Both the position numbers and the translations under genes were made by a program. DNA of 60,562 nt, filler included, from Sphacelaria rigidula (Eukaryota), in the NCBI GenBank assembly GCA_964200075.2. It is 10 parts of 10 records of this genome, joined end to end, with 100 filler letters (N's around TTAATTAATTAA, not from the genome) between each part and the next. Parts side by side here need not be neighbours in the genome. Positions count along the whole stretch, not along the records: positions 1 to 5,967 come from CAXNAA020023138.1; positions 6,068 to 12,034 come from CAXNAA020023139.1; 8 more parts are not named here. One strand, written 5' to 3'. A model generated the notes under the pieces. That model did no database searches and was not told the origin of the DNA. It saw nothing but the letters and a program-made list of their open reading frames with translations. Below are positions 1 through 12,134 of the stretch, one piece after another (the stretch's first letter is position 1; every line of letters starts with the position of its first letter).

Positions 1-38
1 TATACATGTGCTTGTATCCCCTCGACGAGATACTGTAC

Positions 39-260
39 CTTGAAGCACAGTCCAGTAAGATCATGTCCCGCCCGTCGTCGAAATTCCGCTTATACCCCAG
101 CACACGCGGTACACCAGGAACTTCCTGGCGATGCATCTCGTTCATCGTCTTTACGGCTGCCTCCAAGTCGCTCTCCTTGTCCTTCCCGAATATCTTGAGC
201 GTCACATCCTGCGATAGAGGGTCGACACCAAATATCATGACCGCGCTCTTCCGGTAAGAT
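39..260 (-). CDS. Internal exon, protein-kinase-like N-lobe fragment (SYRKSAVMIFGVDPLSQDVTLKIFGKDKESDLEAAVKTMNEMHRQEVPGVPRVLGYKRNFDDGRDMILLDCAS)
   Basis: Open frame not in the ORF track, bounded by cgcag acceptor (261-262) and AAG|gtacag donor (38-37). VTLKIF...E...VPRVLGY...MILLD resembles kinase beta3/alphaC/beta4-5. Confidence 0.5.
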
Positions 261-1749
261 CTGCGTAGTGAATAAATAGACACACGTCAACTCCGACTGA
301 CTCTGTTGGATGTTTGAATGCTGAATCTACATTGCTCGGGAGGAGCGCTTGACCGAGCTGTACTCTCAGCAGCTGGCCTGGAAGCCACAGGGGGGCGGGG
401 CGCGAGCAATCGACCGCAAGCTTTGTGTTCCTTGCTCAACACAAAAAAAGCAAGGAAGGATGGAAACGGTCGGGATTCATGTTCTCCAAGAAGGTTACAA
501 AATCCATGTGCTGCAGTAGCAGGTCGTCCCTTGACCTTAGACCTCGGCGTCAGCGCGAAGCGATGGCTTGGCCTCTTCTCTCACACCATCACACGATACA
601 ATTTCCCGAAAACCCATGCAGCTCTCAAAATGACGCGTGACAGTGCCACACTTGAGGTTCTGGCCATTTATCCTACATGAGACACACCTCTTATGAGCGG
701 TGACGTGCCACCTCGAACGGCGAAACCAAAAACATACTAGCGATCCCCAATGCCTCCCACTACCAACAAACCATGTGCAGCGGAAAACTCACGAATACAC
801 ATCGCAAACCTCTTCATTTGTGTTACCCATGCAGGATCACTTTCAGCAGGCGGGGATTGTTGTGCAGACACCCACGTGACTCGCAGAACAAGCAAGCATG
901 ATATATTTAACCAACGTAAAAGATATGTCCGGTCGGTCTCAACCTCAGGTTGGCTGTTGACTTCGGTGCTATGGCTGCTGTGAGTAGTGAAAGAGCACCA
1001 CAGAGCCCAACGCGAGCCGATCGCATTGGACAATATAGCGCAGCGTGGGTTACTTCAGTCGAAACAAATCTGCGAGTACCGCAAAATGCGAACGTGACAC
1101 GGATTGTTCCACCGGACTTGACCACTCGGGAAGAAGAGTGTATGTGCAAAAACAAAACCTGTCATGGCCAGAAAAAACTAAGGTATCCTCGAGTTTTTTT
1201 TCCACGAGCAAAGGAAGCCATTAGGAACTGTCAATGCCTCCCTACCTCCCTTTCGGACGCAAAATCACAAAGACGAACAATAAAACTAGTGCTACGAGCT
1301 GGGCGAGCAGTGAATCCCGCATTGCATGTCACACCATGAGCTATCTAGTATTCCAAATCAGCCCGACTTGAGCATATCGGTATGACCTGCAGACCAACTT
1401 GGTAACGCACCGGACCGCTGCTGAATGAAGAAAAAATGCAAAAAATGTACTGCATAATGTATCACCTGACTGACGGAACAAAAAAAAATGGAATCCGTCG
1501 GGATACGAACTCGTGACCACCATCATTGGAGTCAACTGCATCACTTGGATTAAAAGAGCGCAGCCGTGTCACATGAAAGGTCGGATGCTGCGCCAAATTT
1601 CTGAAAGTATTGGCCGCAGTAGCAGCAGGATTTCCTCCACTGAAGGACGCACAACTACAGTAGCGATGCCCACGTATTCGTTTATTTCCACAGAGTTATA
1701 GCATTTTTATAGTTTTTGCAGAAACTTCAAATCGCTCTGAGGGTATTTA

Positions 1750-1758
1750 CATATATAC

Positions 1759-1792
<34 letters not shown>
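1750..1792. repeat. (TA)n microsatellite
   Basis: Direct reading. Confidence 0.95.
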
Positions 1793-1794
<2 letters not shown>

Positions 1795-3149
1795 TTGGCA
1801 TCCCCGTGAAGGTTGTGCGTAGTGATGATACAAGTATTGTGTCAATATTTCAGCGCCCAACGCTTCGGATTACCCAGCACCCGACCCGGATACATTCACA
1901 GATCACTGTCAGCTGGCCCAGCTCGTGCAGTATTTTTTGGTGTTGTTTGTTTGCCATGAGAACTGACCTTAGACGCGGAGGGGTCACGGCGTCGCTGACG
2001 ACGGTATGCTTGTGTGTGCACGCTATGTTTTGCGCAGCGACCTCGTGCGCTACCGCAGCTATAACGGCATGCATGTGTTTGAACTATCGTCTCTGCTGAC
2101 GGGCAACGCTGTTGTTTCCATGAAAGAGCGTAGAATAATATATTTACGACTACGAACACACACACCTAAACGCGGCGCAATTGCCGCCGGCCTTATTTTG
2201 GATATCGGCTTTCTTCGTACCACGGGGTATCTGATACGCTTTTCCACCGCATCTCATGTGTCCCAACATCCCCCATCGAGATAGCAATATCTCCATACAC
2301 ACAACAGCCGCAAAGACAAATCAAATTGCTATGTGTAGCTCACATGCATCTCTATCAGCCGTCGACGTCACGGCTGCGCATACCCTTGCCGTACATGCAA
2401 ATGTTGACGTATAGTAAGATTTATCTTTTGCGATTCCCGCACGATTCCGAGAACTGATTGGCGCGAGTTTGGTGCTTAACGATGGCGATAAGCAATAACC
2501 ACATGCCTCTTGAGTTTCAGCTGGCTGCCATTCATGCAGGGCGAGTCATCTGCGATCGCGTGTAACTCGGCCATATTGGATAATGGCTTTTGGGCTTGTA
2601 CAGATCTCGTCGGCGTTTTTTCCATGCATCCGTCGATCGTTCGTGTGCTGTACTGGATGGAATTGAGTCGTACTTCGACGGAGGGGGAGTTTAGGATAAT
2701 AAGAACTACAGCTTTGCACCACCATCATTATTTTCATTATTTTGCCCTGTCAAGAAATTTTACGCCGCCAAGTCGCGTTTTAGGGGTGGTGGTGAAGAAC
2801 GTGACACTAAACTGGGCGACACACTGGTTTGATTACACGCTTGGCCAAGCGTTGCGTGCTTTCGCGCGGTACCTGCAAAACATACGTCGCTTGCGAAAAG
2901 AAGCATGTGTTGAGTTGAGATAGCTGAAAACGATCGATACTGCAGTGTGCAGTCAGTGTATTATGGACAACATTCTGTCTGGAAATTTCGGCGGCAACGT
3001 TATTTCAGACGTGAGCAAAAACGAAGCGCAACTACGATCTTTTGGACAGCCTGTACTCGTATTAGTTTACAGCACAGCACCCAATACAGAGTAACTCACA
3101 GCCGCCAGCTCCACGACACTGGTATGGTATACAAGTTTTCACGGTCAGG

Positions 3150-3370
3150 ACGAATCATCACGAGCAAGAATCACCGGATCCATGATTTCTTTGGCCAGAT
3201 TGCCCAAAAGGGAGAAAAAAATTGACCACTGGTCCAAGGGGTATCCACGCAACTTTTGCGCCATTCCACGTGTCTGGGCTGCGTGCACCTGGGTTGCAAC
3301 GCTGAAAACAAACCCTAGGGATTGATTAGTACGAGTCGGATCATTTGTATTGAAACCAAGTAGTTTCCAG
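3150..3370 (+). repeat. Interspersed repeat shared with 47175-47390
   Basis: Both copies read ...ttttgcgccattccacgtgYctRggctgcgYgYacctgggttgcaacgctgaaaacaaa...ggattgatt. Confidence 0.8.
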
Positions 3371-4133
3371 ACCAATCATCATTTGTCCGGCCCTTGCAAG
3401 TTTTTGAGCTGCCCCACCCTGCAACTTGATGGGATACAAGGCCACTTTCCGGATCGGAAAAACTCACAGTTATGCCTTGGCGCTCGCAGAGCTCGTCCGA
3501 TAGCTCTTGAGCAATCTCCAGGTGAGCGACTGCGCGCTGGGAAGTGCTGTCGTCGGCCATGCTCGTCGTTTTCTTCGTGCACAGCATGAGTAGAGGATCT
3601 TCGCTGGGGGGAGAGGCAAGAATTTTCGCTATAAGCTCACCAAGCGGAAAGCTTACTACATGTGTAGAATAGTGGCAGCTAGGGGCAGTCATGTTTTGCT
3701 CGCAGCCTGTCTATAGGTCAGGGCAGGCTTCGACAAGTAGTCGCCCCTTGCAGTCACAGCAGACAGTGTTTCAGCTTTGCCTGAGCGTCCACATCGAGGC
3801 GCCTTCACCGTTTTGTCGTAGTTAATATACTGTGTACAGACCACTGTTTGTATTTGAATATGACCACACGTTTTGGTGCAAATGGAAGATAATAAACAAT
3901 ATTTAGCGTTTCAGGCGCGGAAGATGGTGCTGATGGTAAGGTGACAATATCCAAGCGAGGGTGGCTCGGCTGGAGCAAGCGCCGACGCGCCTGTCGTCGA
4001 GTGTGGCCATCGAGGGAAATATATCACAATAATACTCATATAGTCCAGGCCCAATATAGACAGTACAGAGGCATGGTCAAGCAGCATGATATCTTGGCAG
4101 CACGCAATCTACAGCTGCTGTACTACCGAACGG

Positions 4134-4520
4134 CAGTAGCACGAGTCGGCCCGCAAGGCGCCGGCGCGCCGCCCGGCCGTGTACCAAAGGAACAGGCAGC
4201 ACGTCACCGTGCAGTACTGTAGGAGTAGCCTGATACGGCACTTATACCACCATGCTGTATGTCGCACACGCAAGGTGCATGCCTCAATGTACAATGTGTA
4301 CGTTGAATAGAACGCTGATTTACGACTGCAGAATGGCAATAGCACGGCTCGGCCCGAAAGGCGCCGGCGGCCCACCCGGCCGTGCACCCAGGGAAAAGGC
4401 AGGACGCCACTGTGCAGTACTGTAGGAGTAGCCTGATACTGAACTTGTACCACCATGCTGTATGTTGCATACACAAGGAGTATGCCTCGATGCACAACGG
4501 GTGCGTTGCACAGAATGCTT
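4134..4520 (+). repeat. Diverged tandem duplication, period about 200 bp
   Basis: gtgcagtactgtaggagtagcctgatac...taccaccatgctgtatgt occurs at about 4208 and 4412 with aligned flanks. Confidence 0.85.
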
Positions 4521-4570
4521 GTCGCAACAAGAGATAGGATTACCACATACTCCCTCTGACCGACCATATA

Positions 4571-5369
4571 CTCCCTCTGACCGAGAATACAAGCAAGATT
4601 TGGATTTCCGGCAATATACGCAAGGTTTTCATGACATTGAGAGAAGGGTGTCATTTCGGCACGGCAGACGTCGAAGAACTTTGGCATATGATCACATATC
4701 ACATTGGAGGGCGAAAAAAAAAAGACGCAATGGGGAGGGGATGGAGCGTCACCATCCCCTGATCGGGGAAATGGCGTGATTGTACCCAGCGACGTGACAA
4801 ACAGACTGCGTGCCAAGTTTGATAGGGGTACTCCGAAGAGCTGAAGTTGGATTAGACATTAGATGCGAAAAAACAAGTGCCCCGTCGAAAAGGGAGGGGA
4901 AAGTTTATTTTCATCCCCGGGTTGGCGCAATCATAGAAAACCAGCTTGACCCCCGCCGAACCGTGCCGCTGTCCGCTGCTGAGAGTGCCTCGGGTTGCTG
5001 AAACGAACCGTGCCGCCGAACCTCTTCCTTGCTGCCGGCGAGCACATAACGAACCACCTCTTCTCTCTCCGAAACGCGAAAATTCTTGCGTTTCTGCCCC
5101 TGAGAGGCACTCTCAGCAGCGGACATGTCCCATCATCAGCAGATGGGAAGGCATTTGACCGGAGCTTCGAAGTTGGGGTAGTGCAATCGCGCGCCGTCTG
5201 CTGGGGTGGAAGACGCTTTTTTCATGTGGTTTGAAAAAAGCAGCAGTTGTGCGCGCTGCGGGCCAGCGCGGCGGAATCAACAAAAAGAAGTGGTCGGAAA
5301 AAGAGTTTTGCACACCCGAGTAAGACCGCCTTTTGTCCATATCTTGCTTATATTCTCCGTCACAGGGAG
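4571..5369. mobile_element. Stowaway-like (Tc1/mariner) MITE, 799 bp, TA TSD
   Basis: TA|CTCCCTCTGACCGAGAATACAAGCAAGAT ... ATCTTGCTTATATTCTCCGTCACAGGGAG|TA. Internal perfect 21-bp inverted repeat at 4971-4991/5104-5124. Confidence 0.8.
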
Positions 5370-5744
5370 TATATCCCAAGGGGCCCCACCAACTCAACGC
5401 CGAGAGCCGTGGCCCCCCAAGCAACTAGATTTCAGTACAGTAGTCGGAAAAAACGAAAAGCCTCACTTTTTTCATGGCGATTCTTCTCGCGGTCTCACTA
5501 CTGTGGTGGATGAGAGGGGCGGGGGGCTGTGGTGCCTGGGGTTTTTTTGGGGTCCCTTTTATATGCCGATACCTCCCTAGTGTTCCACCCTGCCTCCTGC
5601 TGTTGTGCGTTGTAATACTTTCAGATATGCATAGTAGTATATACTGTATATATTCACAGTATATATGATTATGGTCTACCAAGGGTCTGTGGAGAGAAAG
5701 TTTTTGAACACGGAGACCCCCCCCCCCTCCTTTGGCACTTTCTA

Positions 5745-5967
5745 CGAAACCCACCCACAAACACCAGCCCGAAAACGTCACGAAAAAAATGTTCATACAG
5801 CATCTGATGTTTGGTTTCTGGCGACTTGAAGCGCCTCGTACGGGCGACATTGGCGAAAACGAACGCGAGGGTCGGAATCCCCAGCTGCTCGTTGTGCTCA
5901 GCGTTTTCCCGTTCGATTTACGTGTAGATTTTTCTTCTCCAACCCAGCACTTTGGGGGGGGGGGGGG
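5745..5967 (+). repeat. Interspersed repeat shared with 26235-26450
   Basis: gggcgacattggcgaaaacgaa...agctgctcgttgtgctc...gtgtagatttt in both. Confidence 0.8.
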
Positions 5968-6067
5968 NNNNNNNNNNNNNNNNNNNNNNNNNNNNNNNNN
6001 NNNNNNNNNNNTTAATTAATTAANNNNNNNNNNNNNNNNNNNNNNNNNNNNNNNNNNNNNNNNNNNN
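5968..6067. other. Artificial contig linker N44-TTAATTAATTAA-N44 (also 12035-12134, 18102-18201, 24168-24267, 30234-30333, 36300-36399, 42366-42465, 48432-48531, 54498-54597)
   Basis: Identical 100-nt spacer with stops in all six frames every ~6066 nt. Contig lengths decrease from 5967 to 5965. Confidence 0.98.
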
Positions 6068-6519
6068 CGATCACCAAGCGCGAAGCGCCGTGGTGTTATC
6101 GGCGAGTCGCACGAAGGGTGAGGGGGGGGGGGAAGGGAGCGGAGGAACTCCAACGAACTTTCCAACTCTTCAACCGTTAACCCCTTATTATAAGGGTGGA
6201 CGATCTGGATTTCACTTTCACTTCTTGAGTGAAAAATGGCGATTCAACGTATGACTCACCCTTGACTACCTGGCGGTCATAATGTTGATTCCATTGACGC
6301 GCAGGGTGGGTCATGAGTTGAATCGACATCGGTTTCGGTTGAAAAGTGAGTGCAAGATCTAGGTAGTCCGACCTAGCGACCAAGCGGTTAATGTAACGGA
6401 GGGTGTAAGGTTTTCTGGATCTTCTTTGGGAAACAACATTAGCAGCTTTTTGTCCGGCCGAACAATTCAGGGGGGGGGGAGGGAATAGGGGTCATTTATT
6501 TGTCCGGCCGAACAACCCA

Positions 6520-6725
6520 GGGGGGGGGGGAATGGGGGTTTATTGCCTTGGTCATTCGAGCATTGACCACGCATCCCTTGCGAGGCGGAGAACAATTCAT
6601 GGGGAAGCGGGGTAGGGGGTTGTGGTACCCCATGATCTTGCATGCTGTAGTCAAATGACCATTGACCTCGCATCTATACAAACCCGGGATGGAGCACGCT
6701 GGGTTTTTCACCGGACCAGGCTCGA
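6520..6725 (+). repeat. Poly-G-headed modular short repeat family (modules A and B); other copies about 10770-10990, 11694-11790, 11960-12034, 30165-30233, 36665-36850, 42466-42520, 46485-46760, 48255-48431, 53878-53925, 54333-54450
   Basis: Module A: Gn-gtactcatttgttgcttgccttagtcgtttgaccattgaccacgcatccctttcgagacggag. Module B: Gn-gtactcatgatcttgcatgc...gaccattgacctcgcatc...aaaccgggacggagcacgccgggttt...ggaccaggct. Confidence 0.85.
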
Positions 6726-9700
6726 CGAAATTGGTGGCTCTTCCGCCCGTGCTTGAAGAGAAGCCGAACCCGAACGCCAATGGCCAGCGTGAAATTAACA
6801 CTTTGCACGCCCCGAGTCAATTGTTCCGGGATTCTGGGCTTTGCGACAGTCCTGCTAGGTTATACACCTTCAACCGAGTATGTCATGCCTCTCGCCTGTG
6901 CGGTAACGGCTGTGTGTATTCAACTGTTGTTTGCATGGGTGACCACGCCGCTAACGTGTAGTGCTTTTGACGGAATTACCGCTGGGAGGAAGAATTGATC
7001 AAAACTCTCATGTTCTGGAGCGCCAAGCGTATGTTGATCATGACTTTATTCACAAATAGCTGTGACACGCGGCATTCGAGTAGCGACGGTATTGTGTCCC
7101 GTGTATGTAGGCTTCTTGTTTGTCCGCCAACACCGGGCATTCCAACGTCCTCCCTTTTTTCTCCCAATAACCGGCCGACTGGTGGTCGCCACGGGATAGT
7201 GACGGAGGTGTTCCGGGGGTTGAAGAGGAATGAATCGAAATTCTGCGCCTCAAAAGTCTATATCTAAAAACCACATCGTTCGTTGATGTCGCAGCATCTC
7301 CGAAAAGATGAAGAGGTACTTTGCATGACGACAAAAGTCGTTCCGGCACACAGCATTTTGTCGGAAGAATCTATGAAGACTCGTCCTCCCGGCACATCGA
7401 CGGTTGGGTAGCAACCAACGCTCCTTCGCTGTCGTGTTTCAGTCCGACAGTAGATGCTGCCGATGATTTTTTTTTCTTATTTTTGAAGAGTCACAGGTTG
7501 CAAAGAGGCGGTCCGTGGGACAGAAGATGGGACAAGCAGGAAGGAACCATTCGATGTGTGGCCTCCCATGACCAATAGTTATAGTTTTTCACGAAAGGTA
7601 CAGTAGAGACGGCCTGAAAATGTCGAAAAATTCGGGGGAAAACAATTGACCAGTTGATAGTAAAACCCCGAAAAACCGTGACTTTTTTGGTCGTTGCAAT
7701 GAACGCACAATCAAAATTATAAATTTGTTTTTTACACTGGGTTCGAGAAATCGGACTGATGTGCGAAAATAATTTTATAGGAACATTATTGCGGTGGAAT
7801 CGTTGCACCAATCTGCTCGCCCGCGCAATTTTCAATATATACATATATATATATAATACCCATATCTAACTCAACATTCTGATTGCGAGCGTCGCCTCGG
7901 AGCAGTTCCACCGGCTGACGGTCCAGGGACATGTAGGGGTTTCCGGGGGGCTGCGGGGCTGTCCGAGAAACAGCCAGAGAGATCCCGAAGTGAACCATGT
8001 GTGTTAAGAAGTTTCCCACGGAAAATTCTGGGCTGGGATGCCCGAGAAGAGGGGAGCGACCGTTCTGGCGAAGCACAGCTATCGAAGTGGTCGCTTTGTT
8101 CCCCTACAGATGGACCGCATGTATACAGACCACCTCGTAGCGTAGCGTAACGGTATTTGACCATCTTGGTCATGACCATTCAAATATGGGAAACATGGGG
8201 AAAGAGAGTGGTTTTTACACGGCCCATACTATCTGCTGCCTGCCTCATCCCTCTTGTGTTGCCAGCATAGCTCAATGCTGTTTGTGGTATTGTTGTGGAA
8301 CACTGAGACGAGACGCTGGCAGCGTGCAGTGGACTGTGTTCAATCTAGAGTGATGGCACCTTGACTGCTTCTTACCGTTGTGTCCAGCCATCGATGATCA
8401 AAAACGTTGGCATCATGTACGGTAGAGTAGTAGCACCAGCCGCAGCAGCAGAAGTACAGACAAGAAAAAAGGAAGTATATATACCAGAGGCGATGTGACA
8501 CGCGTGCACAAGATCAAAACACGCTCGAGGTGTGCCGACCTTGCCCCGGCAGTAAACTGTCCTCCACCGGAGAGCGATGACGCGCTGACTGATTAATACC
8601 GTTGTGTTCAGACGCGGATGAAAAAAGTTCGCATGGTGTATGCACGGTAGAGTAGCAGCAGTACAGACAGTAGAAGAAGACGGGGGTACAGTTGAGACGA
8701 TGTCACTTGCGTGCAAGACCAACACACGCTCAAGGTGTGCCAGCCCTGCCCCGAAAGTACTAGTAAGGCTGCAAAAAGCATGGATAGGAGGACAGGATGT
8801 ATGTTGTATGTATATATCGCAACAGTGACGGCTGCCAGGGTGCGTGAGTTGCAAACCATAAGAAGCATGTACTCACGAAAAATGAAAATTGTTCAGCGAA
8901 GAGGTACATACTGACAGTCTAGCTCACAATTGATGAGGGATTCTCCGGGACTAATTTCTATATTTTGCCCAACATTCACACGTTCATCAAAAACACGTTT
9001 TGTCTTTTGTAAAAAAACAGCTGTTCTGAACCCAAAGTGTGGCATGGCCTATCTCGGTCTATCTCGGTCAATCTGGGGGGGGGGAGTGGGTCGCAGTTAA
9101 ATCGACACGTCGGCTAAATTTTTTCGTGTATTATCATATTTTTAAGTTGAACCCTAACTTGGTGGCCATGCTAATCTCGTTGTGTCACCTGTTTTTTCTT
9201 GTCTTCTCTTCCCCTTTCTTTCGGTGTACTTTTTCTCTAATTGTCACATCTGACGTTGTCGTTTGTTTGTTTTTTCCCCGTTGTTAACTCGGGAGAGCTA
9301 CTTCTCACAGGTGTTGGTGGCGTCTCTCTTCTTATTTTGAATTTAGAGTATGTCTTGTAAGGAATAGCAAGGACAGTTTTGGAAAGACTAGCCTACGTTT
9401 GCGACCACGGGTTCACGAGATCAGACTCATGTGCCGAAAAAGTAATGATGATCATAGGTATCGAACCTCGAATACGGAATCACGGGAACCAGTTTTGGGG
9501 TCACAAGCATTGAGGTCAGCCTTTTTTGCTCATCTCGGGTCCTTCAACGCAACGTAGAGGCAAAGTGTATCCTAGAAAATTTGGTGGGTCCTCGATAAAA
9601 ACACTTTCAGTGAGTCACCTGTTCCGTGGGGTGGCATCCACAGTTATATGTCGATCCATCTGAGGTGTGGCTACCGTAGTACCAAATCGTCGTGTGTGTG

Positions 9701-10201
9701 TGTGTGTGTGTGCGTGTGTTGTCGAGACGTGGACATCTATGGAATACTTTCTTACCTCTGTTTCTGTCATTTCCCCGTCGATGGTTCCTTCTCTCGAAAT
9801 ATCCAGACATTTAAAACGCAGCGGCGCTCAGACTCAACGTGCTCGAAGGAAAAAGGAAATCGTTGGTCGGTTGGCTGTATTGTAGTAATATCCCGTTCTT
9901 GTCGAAAAGCTCTGACTGCAAAAGACTTTTGTTGTTATTCACTCGCACATTAAGATCAAGTCACAGCCGTCGTAGGCGTTACATAGTATGCATTGGCATA
10001 TGTACACTCATTGGAAAATGACTTACCACTTTCGCGGTTAACGAGGAGTAGCGGTGAAACACAGCCATTGGATGATGTAGAAAGTAGTGAACGATGTCAT
10101 ACCAACATAACTCAATATACTAGCTCAAATAAATTAAAAACGTGCTGCTGCTACTGCTGCTACTACTGCTGCTGCTGCTGCTGTCTTCCGTTTCGCGGCA
10201 G

Positions 10202-10297
10202 GTGGTGGTGAGACGGGACGTTGCGCCATTCGTCTTTGTCGCCGGAGATGGCAATGACCAGGAAGACTACACCGGCATTACGCCGATGTTCTTGCAG
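10202..10297 (+). CDS. Putative exon resembling the start of a periplasmic-binding/iGluR ligand-binding S1 segment (VVVRRDVAPFVFVAGDGNDQEDYTGITPMFLQ)
   Basis: Pyrimidine/CTG tract plus ggcag acceptor; 96 nt in phase; ends CAG|gcaagg (GC donor). PFVF...YTG pattern. Confidence 0.35.
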
Positions 10298-12134
10298 GCA
10301 AGGCTTCGTCTTGGCTTGCTTGGCGGTACAGTACAATGAGTGGACCTACACGGCATATGGTAGCGCCTGGTATCAAAGCATACTTGAGATGTCGCCAAAC
10401 TTATCTTGAGATGAAAGTACAGTACAATGCTGCCCTTTAACCCAAGCCTGATGCTAAACAAAAAAACAGAAGAAAAAATGCACTTCTCCAACCCCTCCCC
10501 TTCCTTGGGACAAGTCGATGTGGTCTCAAGGGATCAATCAACCCATGTTTCCGCCGGTGTGGGCCTTACATCGGTATAGCGGATTGAACCAGCACTCCCC
10601 CACCATGTCGACTCTCGTGTGACAAACTCTGTCTTTGACAAATGTTCGTACTCGATTTAGGATCTCGTACCTTGCATACCAGTCATACTTTATGCGAGCC
10701 AACCCACTTACTGCACTCAACAAGTACAAGTACAAGACTTACTATCGCCATCTTTCATGGGATCTGGGTGCCCCCCCCCCCCCCTGCCGCCCTTCCCTCT
10801 GTCCCGTCTCGAAAGGGATGCGTGGTCAATGGTCAAACGACTGAGGCAAGCAACAAATGAGTACACCCCCCTCTCCTCCGCGTCCTTGTCCTCCAAAAAC
10901 CCTGCCTGGTCCGTCCCGGCTTTGTAAAGATGTGAGATCAATCATCTTCTGACTATGGTATGCAATGTCATGAGTACACCTTCCCCCCCTCCCGTCGTCC
11001 ACAGGCCTCAGGCTCCAGGCCTCGCCCATGGTAGCTTTCCCTCAATCTGATGAGGTGGGTCGCGGCTCGTAGCTGGCAGGGGCCCTTGGTGCTTAGTGCA
11101 CGTGGCCCGAGCCTGCTGCATTTAAGCACTCGGGCGTCAAACATATTCCTCTCTCCCGCGCAGATTTTTTGAGTGGATAGCAGGAAGGTCTTGCCTTTCC
11201 TTCATTCTATTGTTGATGTAGCCAACTCGCTGTGTCTTGAGTGATTCAGCGCAATCGTCCTGGAGGGAAACATAACTAAGCTTTCCAGGTGATGCAGGCA
11301 AGGCTTTGTCGCGATCGTTGGTGTGTACAATTTTTGTAGCGGGTGAATGCCCAAACTTGATTCATCAGCAGATGCCTTCCGCGATGCGTCCCCGATAGTT
11401 ACATACGTGGTATCATGCTGACCGCTGTTGAAAACTTAAAAGGGTGATATAGTCAATTTTTGTGTAAGGCCAGAGTGGTGGTGCTAAGGGCGAACGTGTG
11501 TCTCGACCAATGACCAGCGCCCAACTTTTTTATGAAAATAAAAATACGAGCTTCTTACCCATTTTTTACCCACTGTCCACATGCTTCACATCGTCGTAAG
11601 TTCTGTCAGCTTGGGAATCTAACAGGCGAAAAAAATTAAAACGGCTACTCTGAGATCGAATTGAACTCAAAACGTGGCATTTTAGTGACGTGGCGTGCTC
11701 CGTCCCAGCTTTGAAGGGATGCGAGGTCAATGGTCTCATGGCTGTGGCGTGCATGATCATGATACACCCCCCCCTCCCCCGCCCCCCGCCCGCCTGTTGT
11801 AAGGGTTTTGGGGTACAAGAAGTCTCAGGTGCAGTCACGTTGACGTGCTGAAAACATGTGAGAATTAGAATTTACACTACTTTTCTGTGGTGTAAATTGC
11901 ACTGTCTGTACTTGATCATTTTCTTCCTTTTTTGCAATGTCGTACTCTTGAACCAAAAGCTCCCCCCCCGCTCTGCCTCCCCCGCCCCCCCGGCTCCGTC
12001 TCGAAAGGGATGCGTGGTCAATGGTCAAATGACTNNNNNNNNNNNNNNNNNNNNNNNNNNNNNNNNNNNNNNNNNNNNTTAATTAATTAANNNNNNNNNN
12101 NNNNNNNNNNNNNNNNNNNNNNNNNNNNNNNNNN

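Noticed and set aside
3418..3660. Candidate isolated exons (also about 7870-8105, 11570-11617, 16257-16411, 20132-20243, 21960-22165)
   Set aside because: Plausible splice signals, but no recognisable protein or consistent gene model; cannot be supported without RNA-seq.
4109..4816. 235-aa ORF
   Set aside because: It spans a tandem duplication and a MITE end; not protein-like.
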